From: Nitrosopumilaceae archaeon
Lineage (GTDB): Archaea > Thermoproteota > Nitrososphaeria > Nitrososphaerales > Nitrosopumilaceae
Direction of reading: 5' to 3'
NCBI GenBank assembly: GCA_965207375.1
Contig: OZ242274.1
Span: 1,504,001 to 1,568,000, forward strand
Length of the DNA stretch: 64,000 nt
Positions 9,926-20,375 of the stretch are shown piece by piece. Position 1 is the first letter of the stretch. Each line of letters opens with the position of its first letter. The notes below the pieces were generated by a model. That model saw only the letters and a list, made by a program, of their open reading frames with translations, made no database searches and was not told where the DNA came from. The translations under genes and the position numbers were made by a program.

Positions 9926-12135
9926 TGCAGTGCCCAATATGTAACGAGTCATTTGACACCCAGAAATTGTTTTCTGAACATCTTGAATATCATAAAAAAC
10001 AATCTTTTCTAAATCAAATACCTGAACCCGCCCAAATTCAAAATTCTGACCAGTCACAACATCGTTTGATAGATGTTACTAATTTCTTTGGAAAAGAAAG
10101 ATTTGAGACTATGGTTTTACAAAAATTACAAAACATTCAAGATATGGAAGAGTTGTTTCATAGGAGAAATTTTGTTGAGCAGGTAAAGAAACTAATTTCT
10201 AGACATCCGTTTATACATATTCCATATTTTGTAGATGATTTGTTATATGGAAATGAATCTAAATTTTTACGTAAGAAATATTACATTTCACATTCGCTGG
10301 CTCTAAAAAACACAGTGCATAAAATATTAAAGTTTGATAGAACACGATACCGTCAAAAGCAATATGATGATGCATTTGCAATGAACATGAAGATTCCAAC
10401 ATGGAATGATAAATATGATATTTTAAAAAATAACTGTGATTTTTTCAAAGACGAACTAACAGAATTGTTGTTTCTTAATGTTCTAAGATCGTTTATACTC
10501 ATAATAGTAACTGACTATGTAAATACGGGAATTTCAAAACAGGATATTATTACCAAATCTAGGCAATTACAGAATAATTATAACTTATTTAAATTCATTG
10601 ACGAACCATTAAAAAATTCTTTTACAAAGTATTTTGAAAATGCTTTTGATGAAACAGTTCTTATGCTTGTAGATGAATTAATTCTAGCAAAAATACTGAA
10701 AAAGAAATTAGGTAATTCAGAAATGATTGTGGGGAGAATGTCTATTGACAATCTCAAGGAAAGCATAATACGTGAATTAGAGTACAATAATGGTTCTCAA
10801 AGCGAATATGAGATCAAAGACAGAATAAAGGAACAATATCCGAGTTTGAAACTCTTACCCAATCTTGGAATCTGGGAGACTGCATTAAATGAACTATATC
10901 ATGAACAGATGATCAGATTTAAAACCGACCGTAACGGTAGACGTTCTTCAATAATCTTTCTAAATGAAAATTATCAGAAAATACAGCAACAGATTCAAAT
11001 GTTTGGAAGTGGTGATGTCAAGTTTTATGGAAGAAAAATAACACCTGATCAATTCATTGACGAGTTGAAGGATCTTGAGCTAGGTGACTTTAAAGATGAT
11101 GATGACCAAGTAACCCGTATAGCTGGATTGGTGCTTGCTGAATCCGTTAATCTTCAAGCCCCACACGAGCATATTTCACAATTTGACTTTTTGATTGACA
11201 TTACCGACTATCATTTTAGAGATGAACAGATCGAGACTATGAAAAAACTTGATTTCAAAATAAATTCTAGAATATTTCACTGTAAAGTAATGCTACATGA
11301 TACATTGAGCATGCAAAAATATGAACAAATTAAAGAATATCTACCAAATGGAGAACAGGCAGTTGTTATTACATTTCGGAAAATTCCATCAGATGTAAAA
11401 GCAGAATTGGAAAAAGATGATTCTATTCAGATAATTGATGAGGAAGGCATACGTATATGGGTTTCAATAACCTCAAAGATTCCATCTAGAGTAGGTTCTA
11501 TCGCAAAATTACACAAAGATCCAATCAGTGGATTAGAAAGAAGGTTGGTAAGAATCAATCGGGTCAATTATGAGGATGGATTAGCAACAGTTACCGTCTT
11601 GCCAGATAAAAATGATGCTGTGGTGCTTGTAAGGTCATTAGAGGAGATTTCATTAAATGAAGAACACCCAAAATATTTTGAGACACTAACTTGTAATTAC
11701 ATGGAGTTTTTAGATGTACTAGCCAAACTCACCACATTAGAGGATCTTGTTAACGGATTGTTTAATGTGAATATGCCTGACTCTTATCCAAAATCCACTT
11801 CGGTCACTATGTATTTTGAAAACTGTACAACAGAACTATTCCTGTCTATGCACCATAAGGACCGTATGCTTGATTGTGGTTGTCTGAGATGGCTTGAAAA
11901 CAAATTTTATTTGTGTCCACATCTGATCTATTTGATTGATTATACAGTGAGAACCAAGTATTTAGACACTTGGAATGATAAGGGCAATTTGATGAAATCG
12001 ATATTGGAGAAAATTATAATAAAAAACATATCCACTATATTGGACAGACTCGGATTAGAATCACAACAAAATGATGAACTTTACAATAAAATGAAAGAAT
12101 TCATTTTGTGTGTATATGAAACTAGAAAAGATTGA
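9922..12135 (+). CDS. Uncharacterised 737-aa protein: C2H2 Zn finger, Mrr-like nuclease-fold region, SWIM Zn finger
   Basis: CPIC..F.....HLEYH; FDFLI..IFHCK..AVVITF..IQIIDEEGI; DCGC..LCPHL; ATGA overlap with pbeD. Confidence 0.6.
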   Translation: MMQCPICNESFDTQKLFSEHLEYHKKQSFLNQIPEPAQIQNSDQSQHRLIDVTNFFGKERFETMVLQKLQNIQDMEELFHRRNFVEQVKKLISRHPFIHIPYFVDDLLYGNESKFLRKKYYISHSLALKNTVHKILKFDRTRYRQKQYDDAFAMNMKIPTWNDKYDILKNNCDFFKDELTELLFLNVLRSFILIIVTDYVNTGISKQDIITKSRQLQNNYNLFKFIDEPLKNSFTKYFENAFDETVLMLVDELILAKILKKKLGNSEMIVGRMSIDNLKESIIRELEYNNGSQSEYEIKDRIKEQYPSLKLLPNLGIWETALNELYHEQMIRFKTDRNGRRSSIIFLNENYQKIQQQIQMFGSGDVKFYGRKITPDQFIDELKDLELGDFKDDDDQVTRIAGLVLAESVNLQAPHEHISQFDFLIDITDYHFRDEQIETMKKLDFKINSRIFHCKVMLHDTLSMQKYEQIKEYLPNGEQAVVITFRKIPSDVKAELEKDDSIQIIDEEGIRIWVSITSKIPSRVGSIAKLHKDPISGLERRLVRINRVNYEDGLATVTVLPDKNDAVVLVRSLEEISLNEEHPKYFETLTCNYMEFLDVLAKLTTLEDLVNGLFNVNMPDSYPKSTSVTMYFENCTTELFLSMHHKDRMLDCGCLRWLENKFYLCPHLIYLIDYTVRTKYLDTWNDKGNLMKSILEKIIIKNISTILDRLGLESQQNDELYNKMKEFILCVYETRKD

Positions 12136-13030
12136 AAATATCCTTGTATTTTGAATTCCTTGGAAGTAAATTTAGATAATCTTTCAAAAGTTCAAACATC
12201 TTTTCATGTGAATAATCTACGTAATTTTGCTCTGAATCAAGTTGTCTATAATATTGTCGTAACCAACTCTGTGTTCTTTCTATATTTATTTTGGTGTTAG
12301 GATCATCAGATATCTGCTGTTCATATTCTGTTGATTCGTTTATGGATTTGACAGAATCAGATGTGTTGTGTGCTATTTTTGAACTAGATTTATTTCTGTA
12401 CCATGGGTCATATCCTAACTTATCTAACATATATTCCCATGATTCAAATTCTGTATCATAATAGGATAGATTTATCTCAGAATATTTGTCAATATCTTGT
12501 TTTGTTGGAGTTTTCCCAATTATTTCTCGAATTCTTTCAAACTCTATTATTAGAGATATTTTGTTAGGTGGATTCATTGTTTGTGCAAAGCGAAGTATTT
12601 CGTCAATTGTTACATTAAATTCTATTTGAATATCTGTTACAGTTATTTTTTCTCTTGTTAGCATATCTTCGAATTTATTTACTGGATTATCATGTTTTTC
12701 AAAAATACATTTTGCAATCTTTTTGATAATTATGGCTCTTTGTTTACTGAGATATGACAGGTCAATTTGTGATTCATAATTGTGGTTTTTAGGATTTGAT
12801 TGATGTTTTGATTCTGGTTTTATTTTTCTTAAATATCGATAAATTATACCGTTGCAACAGTTACATAGCCATATTGTTGAATCATCCGCTGTTTTACTTT
12901 CATCCTCCAAATGACACATATTTTGTTCTATCCAAATGTTGCAAACAAAACACATACCATGTTTGGTTTTGTGTTGATTTTGTATCTGAAATTTTCTACA
13001 TTTACCTTTACAAAATTTAACAGTTTTCAC
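12122..13030 (-). CDS. Cys-rich Zn-binding protein with homing-endonuclease-associated repeat
   Basis: CKGKC, CFVC, CNCC; IGKTPTKQDIDKYS...YY..EFESW...L..LG. Confidence 0.55.
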   Translation of the reverse strand: MKTVKFCKGKCRKFQIQNQHKTKHGMCFVCNIWIEQNMCHLEDESKTADDSTIWLCNCCNGIIYRYLRKIKPESKHQSNPKNHNYESQIDLSYLSKQRAIIIKKIAKCIFEKHDNPVNKFEDMLTREKITVTDIQIEFNVTIDEILRFAQTMNPPNKISLIIEFERIREIIGKTPTKQDIDKYSEINLSYYDTEFESWEYMLDKLGYDPWYRNKSSSKIAHNTSDSVKSINESTEYEQQISDDPNTKINIERTQSWLRQYYRQLDSEQNYVDYSHEKMFELLKDYLNLLPRNSKYKDIFNLF

Positions 13031-13203
13031 ACTGCCAAATGATTATTACATCATATATGAAAGTGTAGATCCTAGGAAATACCATTTCTAATATTTAGTT
13101 CAGTTTTTGAATCTATATGAATTCTAGGTTGGCAAAATGGATAATCTAAGGCATATTTTCATACTTTTGAAAGCCTAAATAGTAACTAATGCATCATCAA
13201 ACT

Positions 13204-13371
13204 ATGACTGAAACTAAAATTGGAGGACGATCAGTTACTATAACAAAAGAAGACAACAGTATCAAGGTGACCTTTCATCCAATAGCAAAGGGGGCAAAAC
13301 ACCCCAAGGCAAATGTCTTTACCGTGAAACTCTCAAAATCTGATATCGATACTCTAAAAAAGGCACTATAA
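13204..13371 (+). CDS. Small basic hypothetical protein (start MTETK inferred)
   Basis: 55-aa ORF with protein-like composition directly upstream of dndB. Confidence 0.55.
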   Translation: MTETKIGGRSVTITKEDNSIKVTFHPIAKGAKHPKANVFTVKLSKSDIDTLKKAL

Positions 13372-13374
13372 AAG

Positions 13375-13426
13375 ACATACTTCCTACTTGAAATAACATA
13401 CTTCCAAATCTTTTTAACATACTTCC
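13375..13426 (+). promoter_or_regulatory. Three direct repeats ACATACTTCC at 21-bp period over the dndB promoter
   Basis: Exact copies at 13375, 13396 and 13417; TTTTTAA TATA-like box at 13411-13417; ATG at 13442. Confidence 0.7.
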
Positions 13427-13441
13427 ATTATATCTAATACA

Positions 13442-14530
13442 ATGGATGAGGAACGTGCTGTAGGCAGTGAAACGTACAGCTTTGATGCGTTACGTGGAAT
13501 CCAGGCAGGTCGTAGCTATTACGTTGCAATGTGTCCACTAAAGATAATTCCAAAGCTGTTTATCTTTAATGATTATGATTTACCACCGGACCTTCGAGCC
13601 CAACGAACTCTCAAGGACTCTAGAATCCCAGCACTAAAAAATTACATTTTACAAAACCCAAAAAACTACATATTTTCATCACTTACTGCCTCAGTTGACG
13701 GTAATATGAAGTTCATACCATCAGTAAATCTAGGTCCGGATGGTAAGCTTGGAAGACTTTACATCAACATGGATTCTCGAATGTTGATAAATGACGGACA
13801 GCACAGGCGCAAGGCAATTGAGGAGGCACTCAAAGACAAACCCGAACTTGGACATGAGACAATCTCTGTTGTCTTTTTTGAAGATTCAGGACTAGAGCGA
13901 AGCCAACAGATGTTTTCGGACCTTAACAAAAACGCCATGAAAACTACAAAATCATTGAACATACTTTATGATCATCGTGATGTATTTAGTAAATTCATTG
14001 TAGACATGACAAAAAAAATTGAGATATTCCGAGACAGGGTAGAACTAGAAAACACTACATTATCAAACCGTACAAAAAAAGTATTCACATTAAATGGTGT
14101 CACAGATGCCACAATGAGATTTCTTGGTAGCAAATCCATCAAAAAGATATCAACACAACAAAAAGAGGACATATACAAGTTTTGGAATACTTTGGCAGAA
14201 ACAATTCCAGAATGGAAATTATTACTAGAAGGTAACATTGAACCAAAGGATATACGTAAAGTGTACATTCATGGAAATACAAACATGCTCAATACGTTAG
14301 GAATTGCAGCGCATACCATCAAACAGGAATATCCAGATTCCTGGATAAAACAATTAGGTAAACTGCGTAATGTCGACTGGTCAAGACGCAACCCGATGTG
14401 GGAGGGAAACTTGCTGCAAGGTGGACGCATGGTAAAGACTACTATGGGGCTTGAACTTGGGGCAAATGTTTTATTGAGAAATTGTGGGATAAAACTGTCA
14501 AAGGCAAGACTGGGGTTTGAAAGTAAATGA
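13442..14530 (+). CDS. dndB: DNA sulfur modification protein DndB
   Basis: RAQRTL..SRIP, YIFSSLTASVDG, INDGQHR, QQMFSDLN. Confidence 0.93.
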   Translation: MDEERAVGSETYSFDALRGIQAGRSYYVAMCPLKIIPKLFIFNDYDLPPDLRAQRTLKDSRIPALKNYILQNPKNYIFSSLTASVDGNMKFIPSVNLGPDGKLGRLYINMDSRMLINDGQHRRKAIEEALKDKPELGHETISVVFFEDSGLERSQQMFSDLNKNAMKTTKSLNILYDHRDVFSKFIVDMTKKIEIFRDRVELENTTLSNRTKKVFTLNGVTDATMRFLGSKSIKKISTQQKEDIYKFWNTLAETIPEWKLLLEGNIEPKDIRKVYIHGNTNMLNTLGIAAHTIKQEYPDSWIKQLGKLRNVDWSRRNPMWEGNLLQGGRMVKTTMGLELGANVLLRNCGIKLSKARLGFESK

Positions 14531-15960
14531 GCGTTTTTGATCAAAAATCACTAGATACAATATATACAGAAATACAACAGGTGTACCTCAACGATGAGCG
14601 CCCATGGATTTTGGGATACAGTGGAGGAAAAGATTCCACATGCATGGTACAAATCGTATGGAAGGCGTTATCTGGATTACCTGCGGAACAACTGACCAAA
14701 AAAATCTATGTGATATCTTCTGATACTTTGGTAGAGTCGCCCCAAATTGTAGACAGAATTACTGGCTCTTTGTCCAGAATAGAAAAGGCTGCCAAAGACA
14801 CGAAACTACCAATATCTACAAATTTACTGCGACCACCAATTTCTGATACCTTTTGGGTCAGAATTTTAGGACTTGGATATCCTGCACCGACTTCAATGTT
14901 TCGCTGGTGTACTGAAATGCTAAAGATTGCAAATGCAGACAGATTCATCAAAGAAAGAGTTTCTGAATATGGTGAGGTTATCGTGCTTTTGGGAACCCGG
15001 AAAAGCGAAAGTACCACAAGACAGCAAACAATGAATCTTTTAGAGATAGAAAATAGTGTATTATCACATCACAAAAAGTTTGCACAGACATATGTGTATA
15101 CTCCATTAGTTGATTTTGATACACAAGATGTCTGGAACTATCTACTTCAAGACGATAATCCATGGGGAGAAAACAACCGTGATCTACTTGCGTTGTACCA
15201 GGATGCAAATGCTGCTGAATGTCCTTTGGTAGTAGATACTAGTACACCCTCTTGTGGTAGTGGGAGATTTGGATGTTGGACATGTACCGTAGTAGACAAG
15301 CAAAAGTCGTTGGATTCCATGATTGAGAGCGGTGCAGAATGGATGGAGCCACTAGCCGAGCTACGTCACGAATTAAAACTTACACAAGAGCCTGAAATGT
15401 GGCCAAAGATACGCCAGATAACTAGAAGAAACGGACATGTTGATCTCAAAAACAATGGAACAGACTATACTCCTGGCCCTTATACTCTAGATTTTAGAAA
15501 ACAATATCTCGAAAAACTGCTTTACGGTCAGCAAAAGATACAAAGACATGATCCTGCAATGGTTCTGATTTCAGAAGACGAAATACACGAGATACAAAGA
15601 ATATGGCGCATGGAGCAGGGAGATTGGCAAAATACCGCATATGCAATATATGAAAAGGTAACAGGCATACGCCTTGAATCAATATCTGATGACAGGGGTC
15701 AGTTTGGCAGAACAGAACAAAGCCTGCTCGAGCAAGTATGCAAAAACCACGATGTACCGTACAAACTAGTAAGTAATTTGTTAAATGCAGAGTTACAACT
15801 ACAGGGTGGTTCCAGACATTCAAAGATATTTTCAAAATTAAAATCAGAGTTTTCAAAGGAATGGAGAGATGACATTGATACTATACGAAAGGAACTGTTT
15901 GAACAACGTGATTTAGAAGAGGAGGTAAAGCCAAATGCTTTTACGGAAAATAATACTTGA
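14527..15960 (+). CDS. dndC: DNA phosphorothioation sulfurtransferase DndC
   Basis: PWILGYSGGKDS, DTLVE, GYPAP..FRWCT, ECPLV, SCG.GRFGCWTCTVV. Confidence 0.95.
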   Translation: MSVFDQKSLDTIYTEIQQVYLNDERPWILGYSGGKDSTCMVQIVWKALSGLPAEQLTKKIYVISSDTLVESPQIVDRITGSLSRIEKAAKDTKLPISTNLLRPPISDTFWVRILGLGYPAPTSMFRWCTEMLKIANADRFIKERVSEYGEVIVLLGTRKSESTTRQQTMNLLEIENSVLSHHKKFAQTYVYTPLVDFDTQDVWNYLLQDDNPWGENNRDLLALYQDANAAECPLVVDTSTPSCGSGRFGCWTCTVVDKQKSLDSMIESGAEWMEPLAELRHELKLTQEPEMWPKIRQITRRNGHVDLKNNGTDYTPGPYTLDFRKQYLEKLLYGQQKIQRHDPAMVLISEDEIHEIQRIWRMEQGDWQNTAYAIYEKVTGIRLESISDDRGQFGRTEQSLLEQVCKNHDVPYKLVSNLLNAELQLQGGSRHSKIFSKLKSEFSKEWRDDIDTIRKELFEQRDLEEEVKPNAFTENNT

Positions 15961-17935
15961 TGATTTTAAAACATATGGTGGAAGACATGAGATAGATCTT
16001 GTCACGACACCTGACAAGCCAATAATTTTATGTGGTGGAACAAATGGTGCAGGAAAAACTACACTGTTTGATTCAATATCCTTGTGTCTTTATGGTAGAC
16101 ATGCAACAGAATCAAAAATGACACTAAAGCAGTATAAACAACAAATTCTCAAATCCTTTCACAAATCACAGGGTGTAACGGCACAGGAGGCGTCAATTAC
16201 ACTAGAGTTTGACTATGCCCATGATTCACAGATAACCAGATACATGATAACACGTGGCTGGCAAAACGATAACGGCACACCTGTAGAGGATCTTCATATC
16301 AGCAAAAAATCACCAAAAGATGCAGAATATCAGAGTCTTGATTCAGTCGAGCAGTCACAGTGGCAGACATTTGTGGATCATCTTTTACCAAGTGGAATCA
16401 CAAAACTGTTCTTTTTTGATGGTGAAAAGATCAAAAAGATTGCAGAATCTGGCAAGGAAGACGAGCATATTCGTTCCTCTTTTGATACGTTACTGGGACT
16501 AGACCTGATTACACAGCTTTGTGAAGACATTGGATTATACATTTTGAGAAATTCTGATGACTCGGACCAAAACATACTAGAAGATATAGACAAAAAGATA
16601 CAGGAGAAAAAGGATGCAGAGTGTAAAATAGATGAGCTTGGAGAAAAGCAGGCATATTTGCGCTCTGAGATGGAAGGACTTCAAACAAAACTAAAAGTAT
16701 TAGAAGAAAAGTTTACGAAATTGGGTGGAAACTTTGCCCAGAGGAGACAACATCTAGTAGAGCAAAAGACATCCCTTGAGACTAGATTGCACGAAGTAGA
16801 AAAATATATTCGTGATATATGTACCGATACACTTCCACTATCACTTGTTCCAAGACAGATGGATATGCTCCAAAAAGAATTAAAGGAAGATACACAAAAA
16901 ATGCAAAGCAGATTCGAAAAGGACATTTTGAATAATTCCATACAAGACATATCTGATAACTTTGAGAAACTACTTGAAGGTAAAATACAAAACGATATAC
17001 TTGGGAAACTCCGTTGTGCTATACAGGATAAAATAAAATCGCTTCCCAAATCAGATAATTTACTGCACAATCTTTCACTCGATGATAATCGTGCAATGCG
17101 AGAATTAATTCATGATATTGCAACACATGATCTCAAGGAGATTGAAGAGTACACGGTACAACATGACAAAATACTTGCTGAATTAAGTCGTGTAAAGTCT
17201 GATTTGGATATTTCACCGCAACAAGATGAGATAGGACCTATATTTTCAGAAATAAAACAGAAAAGCTCTGATTTAGGTGAGATGCAAAAGGAACTTGACC
17301 AACTTGAGAATCTAGAGGCACAACAAAAGACGATAATAGTGCTCATAAACTCGCGCATACGTCAGGATCTTGCAAAGAAAAAGATACACTCTAGAGAGAA
17401 AATAGGATTAAACCTAGCACCTCGTGTTCAGGATACACTGGAGGAATATGCAAAAGAGATTCGTCTCAAAAAGATATCCCTGCTTGAGCAAAACATACTA
17501 GATGCAATAAAACGATTATTTCATAAAAAGGACTTTATCACAGGAATCAAGATAGATCCAGACACCTTTGAGATAAAACTGTACGAAAATGATGAAGAAA
17601 AAACACGAGATATGTTGTCCAAGGGGGAACTTCAGATTTACTCTACTGCAATTGTGTGGGGTTTGGCAAAAACTTCTGGCAGACCACTTCCATTTGTTAT
17701 TGATACACCACTTGCACGTCTTGATTTGAAACATCGGGAAAATCTAGTTAGTGGTTTCTTTCCACATGCATCACATCAGACAATAATACTTTCCACAGAT
17801 ACTGAGATAACTGCACCGTACCATATGGCTTTACAAGACTATACATCTAAAGAGTTGAAAATATCACAAAATAACGGAAAAACTGCACTAGAGGACGGAT
17901 ATTTTTCATTGGAGGAGCAAATTGAAGTTCGGTAA
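15935..17935 (+). CDS. dndD: DNA sulfur modification ATPase DndD
   Basis: GTNGAGKTT, LFFFDGEKI, LSKGE, VIDTPLARLD..HR, ASHQTIILSTDTEI. Confidence 0.93.
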   Translation: MLLRKIILDDFKTYGGRHEIDLVTTPDKPIILCGGTNGAGKTTLFDSISLCLYGRHATESKMTLKQYKQQILKSFHKSQGVTAQEASITLEFDYAHDSQITRYMITRGWQNDNGTPVEDLHISKKSPKDAEYQSLDSVEQSQWQTFVDHLLPSGITKLFFFDGEKIKKIAESGKEDEHIRSSFDTLLGLDLITQLCEDIGLYILRNSDDSDQNILEDIDKKIQEKKDAECKIDELGEKQAYLRSEMEGLQTKLKVLEEKFTKLGGNFAQRRQHLVEQKTSLETRLHEVEKYIRDICTDTLPLSLVPRQMDMLQKELKEDTQKMQSRFEKDILNNSIQDISDNFEKLLEGKIQNDILGKLRCAIQDKIKSLPKSDNLLHNLSLDDNRAMRELIHDIATHDLKEIEEYTVQHDKILAELSRVKSDLDISPQQDEIGPIFSEIKQKSSDLGEMQKELDQLENLEAQQKTIIVLINSRIRQDLAKKKIHSREKIGLNLAPRVQDTLEEYAKEIRLKKISLLEQNILDAIKRLFHKKDFITGIKIDPDTFEIKLYENDEEKTRDMLSKGELQIYSTAIVWGLAKTSGRPLPFVIDTPLARLDLKHRENLVSGFFPHASHQTIILSTDTEITAPYHMALQDYTSKELKISQNNGKTALEDGYFSLEEQIEVR

Positions 17936-18296
17936 TGTAAAGACAAGTTCTAGAACTACAAACTTGTTTGGACATCTAAAGCCCAGTCTAAATCTGACAC
18001 CTAACATTCTTGCCCGATTTGCAATTTGTCTTTCAATACAACAGAGGGGAATTCCAAATCCTGATGAATATAACAAGGATGGTTCAGAGTTTACACCTGC
18101 CGTTTTGTTCGGGAATCATGAACCATTATACCTCGCATTGATGATATCACGATTACGACAAGACGGCCTTGACCCAGAAGAGTATTTGGGTGAGATGACT
18201 AGGGCACATCTAAACCGTGGTGCAATTGCATTCAAGCAACGAGTAGATAGTCTGTCTGATTTTTACAAATTGGTAAAGGAGGCTAGATTGGGTTGA
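17922..18296 (+). CDS. dndE: DNA sulfur modification protein DndE
   Basis: LTPNILARFAICLS, LFG, RAHLNRG; overlaps the dndD stop. Confidence 0.9.
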   Translation: MKFGNVKTSSRTTNLFGHLKPSLNLTPNILARFAICLSIQQRGIPNPDEYNKDGSEFTPAVLFGNHEPLYLALMISRLRQDGLDPEEYLGEMTRAHLNRGAIAFKQRVDSLSDFYKLVKEARLG

Positions 18297-18332
18297 GTAA
18301 CTGTTTCTTTTGTGACTGCACATTAAACCGAG

Positions 18333-19505
18333 ATGAGTTTTTTAGATATGCCTGATTCAAAACCTCCGATATATCTTGACTCTCATGCTACCACGCCTGT
18401 TGATCCACGCGTGGTAGATGCAATGTTGCCGTACTTTACTAGTATTTTTGGAAACTCTTCAAGCCTTGATCATATGTTTGGTCATGATGCCTCTGAAGCT
18501 GTAAAAAAAGCACGTGCAGATATTGCTGGTGCCATAAATGCGGATTCCAGTGATGTGATATTCATGTCTGGTGCCACAGAATCTGATAATCTTGCGTTAA
18601 CCGGTGTCATGTTAAAAAGTAAAAAGAATCATCTCATTACATGTCAAACAGAACACAAGGCCGTACTTGATACTGCAAAGAATCTAGAATCACAGGGAAT
18701 ACATGTGACATATCTGCCTGTAGATGAGTTTGGTCTGATAGACACAGAACAATTAATTGATGTCATATCTGATGACACTGCTCTGATATCTGTAATGTTT
18801 GCAAATAATGAGATTGGTACCATACAGGATATTGCAGAGATTGGAAAGATTGCACACGAGAACAATGTGTTATTTCATACAGATGCTGCCCAGGCAGTAG
18901 GACACATTCCAATTGATGTGCAAAAGCTGAATATTGATTTGATGTCGTTTTCATCTCACAAGATTTACGGGCCAAAGGGAATTGGTGCCTTGTATATGCG
19001 GGGTATTATGCCTAGGGTAAAGGTTGCACCAATTATTCATGGTGGTGGGCAGGAGAAAAACGTCCGCTCTGGAACACTTAATGTTCCTGGAATTGTTGGC
19101 TTTGCAAAGGCTGTAAGTATAGCACAGCGTGAAATGGATGCAGAAAATATACGGTTTAGGCACTGGAGTAAACAGATGTTGGATGAACTGTTTGTGGTAG
19201 ATGCCAAGCTGAATGGACATCCTACAAGACGACTATTTCACAACCTTAACATCCGGTTTGAAGGAATAGATGGAAAGGCCATAATCAATTCTGTTTCCAA
19301 AATGTTAGCTATCTCAGCAGGATCTGCATGTACTACTCAAATGGTAGAACCGTCACATGTACTTCTTGCCCTAGGACTGACAGAAAAACAAGCGCATTCT
19401 TCAATTAGAATTGGATGCGGCAGGTTCAACACTGACGAAGAGATCAAAATTGCTACTTATGAAATATCTGAATGTATATCTTCTCTAACCCGAATTCAAA
19501 TCTAA
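18333..19505 (+). CDS. dndA: Cysteine desulfurase DndA/IscS
   Basis: IYLDSHATTP, SGATESDN, HTDAAQ, SSHKIYGPKG, SAGSACT; directly after dndE. Confidence 0.9.
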   Translation: MSFLDMPDSKPPIYLDSHATTPVDPRVVDAMLPYFTSIFGNSSSLDHMFGHDASEAVKKARADIAGAINADSSDVIFMSGATESDNLALTGVMLKSKKNHLITCQTEHKAVLDTAKNLESQGIHVTYLPVDEFGLIDTEQLIDVISDDTALISVMFANNEIGTIQDIAEIGKIAHENNVLFHTDAAQAVGHIPIDVQKLNIDLMSFSSHKIYGPKGIGALYMRGIMPRVKVAPIIHGGGQEKNVRSGTLNVPGIVGFAKAVSIAQREMDAENIRFRHWSKQMLDELFVVDAKLNGHPTRRLFHNLNIRFEGIDGKAIINSVSKMLAISAGSACTTQMVEPSHVLLALGLTEKQAHSSIRIGCGRFNTDEEIKIATYEISECISSLTRIQI

Positions 19506-19561
19506 TTGTAAATTATTTTGATAAAACACAACAATAGTTTTTAATTCATCTGATAATAATT

Positions 19562-20344
19562 TTGAATATGGATACCGATTCACCTGCAAAATTACTAGAA
19601 AACATAGGCGTAGGATTACGAGTAAAAATAGAAAGAAAAAGAATTAGAAAAATTATGGAGGGACATATCATAGAAATTTTGGATGATGGACCGTTTAATG
19701 AAAATGGGATAGAAGTTAAAATTACGGGTAATTATTCAGGTAATGTTAAACAAATTATAAAAGAAGGAGAATTAATCTCTGTATCAGAAATACTTGAGAA
19801 GATTCAAAAGCATGAAAGTAAACATTTTGAATTAAAATCCAGTTTCAAATATGATATTAATATATCAAAACATACTGGAACCCCAACCTCAAATGAATCT
19901 TTACGAAGAAAAATTGCTGAAGAAACTGCATCATTTATGAATTCTGATGGTGGAATTATCTGTATAGGTGTAGATAATGAAAAAAATATTTTGGGGCTTG
20001 AGAATGACTATAAACTACAAAGTAGTTATAGGCTAGACAAGGATCCGTCACTATTACAGGATCAACTTCGCCTAGAGATTACACAGACTCTAAAAGATTA
20101 TCTAGGGAATGAAATTCTTAGCCTGTATGAGATAGAGTTTGTCTCAATTAATGGCACATCTGTTTGTTGTATCATGATAAAAAAATCTCCTGAACCTGTA
20201 TTTGTTAAAATGAATATACTTGCTATAATAGATAAACAGAACAAAAAAGAGAAACTCTGGAAATGCTGGATACGTGTAGATAATGGAATTATGAATATCC
20301 AGTTTGATTCGTTTATGAAATATTGGCAACACCGAGAACAATAG
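19562..20344 (+). CDS. YwbE(DUF2196)-like domain fused to Schlafen/AlbA_2 domain
   Basis: EGHIIEILD..GIEVKI..G.VKQI; ESKHFELKSS, ASFMNSDGGIICIGVDN..ILGLEND. Confidence 0.75.
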   Translation: MNMDTDSPAKLLENIGVGLRVKIERKRIRKIMEGHIIEILDDGPFNENGIEVKITGNYSGNVKQIIKEGELISVSEILEKIQKHESKHFELKSSFKYDINISKHTGTPTSNESLRRKIAEETASFMNSDGGIICIGVDNEKNILGLENDYKLQSSYRLDKDPSLLQDQLRLEITQTLKDYLGNEILSLYEIEFVSINGTSVCCIMIKKSPEPVFVKMNILAIIDKQNKKEKLWKCWIRVDNGIMNIQFDSFMKYWQHREQ

Positions 20345-20375
20345 GATTTTTTAAGAGGAATAGAAAAAGCAATTC

